Positions 60,773 to 64,000 of a DNA stretch of 64,000 nucleotides are shown here, piece by piece (the stretch's first letter is position 1; the number at the start of each line of letters is the position of its first letter). Both the position numbers and the translations under genes were made by a program. This stretch comes from Octopus bimaculoides. Lineage: Eukaryota. The stretch spans positions 9,890,267 to 9,954,266 of the forward strand of contig NC_069005.1 of assembly GCF_001194135.2 (NCBI RefSeq). The letters are read 5' to 3'. The notes under the pieces were generated by a model. The model made no database searches. It saw only the letters and a list, made by a program, of their open reading frames with translations, and was not told where the DNA came from.

Positions 60773-61319
60773 TGTCTGCCTGTATGTACGTATGCGTGTA
60801 TGCATGCACACACATTATTCAAGGACCGCAATGTTCCTCTCGATCTGGGAATCGAAACGACGAACTTACGACCGGATGACCGACGCCTTAAATCGCCAGT
60901 TTACATGCCTTCACACGTTATTGAGTAGAACCTATTAAAAAGCGGGTTGAGGCTTTGAGGAACCTACCTATTTTGTGTTCCTGCAAAACCTAACTAAGAT
61001 ACCATTATCTAACTCAGTGAGAGCAGTGGAAGGACGAAATCGTTAGAGCGTTGGAAGAAATGGCTTTTGGTATCTGCTTCGGTTGCTATTCACCCTTTTA
61101 AGGTTCGATAAAAATTAAGTGCGGTTACTTCGACATCTGACATGTGATACATCGTACACGCGTACAGGCAATGTGGATCTGATGGAGGGAGTCAGTTAAT
61201 GTACAATACAAACGTTTGATCACTATAAACAAATCATCTGAGCGGTTTGTTCAGCCAGAGATTGCGAAAACCTCATCTGTTGTTTAAAGCAGAAGAGTCC
61301 ACGACAATATATAACTTCC

Positions 61320-61645
61320 ATCTTTCATCTTTACCTTTTATTTCTTTCAGTCGTTAAACTGCAGCCAAGCAGGAGCACCGCCTACAAAGGTTCAGTCAAA
61401 TAAATCAACACCACTACTTATGATATTTCTCTAAGCCTGACACTTATTCTATCGGTCTTTTATTGTCGAGCCGCATGAAAGAAATCGACACCGGTTATCA
61501 ACAAGTGGTGGGAAACATATACGAACACGCAGACGACAGATTTCTCTCAGTTTCCGTCTATTAAATCCACTCGTAAGACTCTTGTCGGCTCAGGGCTATA
61601 ACAGAAGATACTTACTCAAGGTATTATACAGTGGCACTGTATTGG
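61320..61645 (-). mobile_element. SINE type A, degenerate
   Basis: TTTCAGTCGTTAAACTGCAGCC...GGAGCACCGCC...TTATTCTATCGGTC...CAGTTTCCGTCTATTAAATCCACTC...GGGCTATAACAGAAGATAC. Confidence 0.75.
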
Positions 61646-62040
61646 AATCCATATAATCGACGATTCCCAGGCCTAAGATCCAGGCATTGTTTCCAAGTCA
61701 AAATCAAGGATGAAAGCTAGTATAAATGGGATTGTGACAGAATCGTTAGAGCATCGGACGAAATGCGATGCTGTTTGTTCCGTGTCATTACGCTCTGAGT
61801 TCAAATCTACGGAATTAATAAAAGGAATTATCAGTCAAATACAGATTTAAAATTTTCGCACAAGGCCGGCAATTTCGTGAGAGACGGAGTAAGTCGATCG
61901 CATCGATCTCCGCACTCAATTGATTCTCATTTTATCGCCCCCGGCATTTGTATGTATGTATATAAGTATTTGTAGATACATATATATACATACATATACA
62001 TACGTACGTACATACATACGTATGTAAGTACGTATGCATG

Positions 62041-62115
<75 letters not shown>

Positions 62116-62134
62116 GTATGTATATATGTTTGCC

Positions 62135-62165
<31 letters not shown>

Positions 62166-62249
62166 ATGCATGTACACACATTATTCAAGGAACACAATGT
62201 TCCTCTCGATCTGAGAATCGAAACGACGAACTTACAACCGGATGACCGA

Positions 62250-62333
62250 ATTTGAACTCAGAACGTAAAGACGGACGAAATGCCGTTAAGCACTTAGTCC
62301 GGTGGGCTAACGATTCTACCAGCTCGCCGCCTT
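62250..62333 (-). mobile_element. SINE type B head fused to a duplicated different SINE head
   Basis: ATTTGAACTCAGAACGTAAAGACGGACGAAATGCCG...CTAACGATTCTACCAGCTCGCCGCCTT, abutting ...GGATGACCGA. Confidence 0.8.
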
Positions 62334-62674
62334 GTATCAGTCAAATATTGAGCTGGTTTAAACGACAGCCTCTTCTCTACAAAGAGATGCTGATGTTAGG
62401 AATCATTATTTTTATTACCGGTAAAAGAAACCTGAATTAACAGTATTGATATTGATTATGTTTCCGACAAAAAAGAAAAAAAAAACAACAACGACCTTGC
62501 GTGAAGACCTGCGGAAATGCGTGGCCCTGTGGTTATGGTCTTGCACTCACGATCTTGGTTATATATATATATATATATATATGTACATATATACATATGT
62601 ACATATATACATACATATACGACGTTGAAATCTACAAGAAGAAATTTTCATTCTCTGTTTATTTTCTCTTATTC

Positions 62675-62710
62675 CTTTCTGATGAAGAGCGTAGGCTCGA
62701 AGCGTAAAAG
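62675..62710 (+). ncRNA. Minimal type I hammerhead ribozyme motif (Penelope-like), core variant
   Basis: CTTT-CTGATGA-A-GAGC(GTAG)GCTC-GAAG-C-GTA/AAAG gives stem I CTTT:AAAG, stem II GAGC:GCTC and a GUA cleavage triplet. GAAA is replaced by GAAG. Confidence 0.55.
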
Positions 62711-63250
62711 ACTTTCTCATTTTCCCGAGCGTCTAACTAATACACTTGCTTGTTGTTCATACACCTAACTTCGTCTTTTGCCTTTTCTATAAATTTCAAC
62801 TAAATATATGAGTGTGTGTGTGCGTATGTGCGTGTGTGTGCGTACGTGAGTGTGTGTGCATGTGCGAGTCTGTATACATACGCAGTCCTTGAACACACTT
62901 TCTCTCAACCAAATTCATTCACAAGACATGGATTAGATCGAGGGCTATAGCAGACAACTATTCGCCCCAGGTGCCACATAGTGGAACGGTATCCAAAGCG
63001 ACGTAGTTAAAATGTGAGTTTCTTATCCACAAAGCCATGCTAAGAGATCGGAATAATTCCAAAAACATTTTTATCGTCCTTACTGTGTCTGTTTTCACAT
63101 AAGATTTGCTCTTTTCGTTCAACTGTTTTTGTGTCAAAATTAACACCTAATATTTTTTGTAACAAATGTATTTCCATTCTATTACATTTTATTGGTAGCA
63201 CTGACGTTATTTACTCACATACACCACACACGCGTATGCATGTATATATA

Positions 63251-63310
<60 letters not shown>

Positions 63311-63424
63311 NNNNNNNNNNNNNNNNNNNNNNNNNNNNNNNNNNNNNNNNNNNNNNNNNNNNNNNNNNNNNNNNNNNNNNNNNNNNNNNNNNNNNNNNNN
63401 NNNNNNNNNNNNNNNNNNNNNNNN

Positions 63425-63470
<46 letters not shown>

Positions 63471-64000
63471 TATATATATGCATATATGTATGCATATATA
63501 CATATATACATACTTATACATATAGACACACACAGACACACACATACATATATATTTTTATTTCCCAAAATATCATTAACGTTTCATATTGCCAAGAATA
63601 AACGGCATTTTCTATATGCCATCCACCTTACTGGTGGTAATTTTACTCAGAGTAACTCTTCCTCATGGCTTCCTAACTCGTTTATAGTCTTACTATGAGA
63701 TAGTTTTAAACCTCTCTAAAACTTGTAATCTATATTCCTCACCAATACGTTTCTTTTTCTTTTCATTACTCTATTTGTCACCCTCCCCTTTAGTGTTCTA
63801 TGTTTTTCCAGTCATACACATTTTATGCCCCCCAACTCTCCCTTGTTTCTTTCCATCATTATTATTACTATTATTATTGTTGTTGTTGTTGTTTCAGTAG
63901 CTTTATTGTTATCGTGTGATTTTTACTACACATCTAAGCTCACTGCTTGCGTATCGTTCCTTTCATTTCTTTTCTCTTTCCTCCTTCAGTTTTTTTTTCT

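Overview
Eukaryotic, AT-rich, very repeat-dense genomic DNA from a fragmented assembly: 21 N-gaps totalling about 8.3 kb, most of them abutting microsatellites. The repeat complement (tRNA-derived SINEs with internal microsatellites, huge (AT)n/(CA)n/(ATT)n tracts) looks like an octopod cephalopod genome. That is recognition from memory, not a database result. I cannot support any intact protein-coding gene; almost all listed ORFs are microsatellite or gap artefacts. The real coding relics are all transposon-derived: a Helitron PIF1-type helicase pseudogene (35.3-36.5 kb, -), a decayed R4/Dong-like reverse transcriptase (33.0-34.1 kb), mariner transposase C-terminal fragments (29-31 kb, 49.6 kb) and a faint RTE-like fragment (25.3 kb). 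I use working labels for four SINE types (A, B, C, D) with dozens of copies. Most notable observations: (1) SINE-B forms head-to-tail arrays that restart at the same nucleotide inside the A-box at 7 or more junctions; (2) an exact Helitron CTAG|TC head-to-tail junction; (3) a Penelope-type minimal hammerhead ribozyme motif at 62.7 kb; (4) a CpG-depleted left domain (about 1-13 kb) suggesting germline methylation; (5) a SINE-mariner chimera present in three local copies; (6) several hairpin or nested MITEs. Repeat boundaries are approximate (about +/-20 bp).
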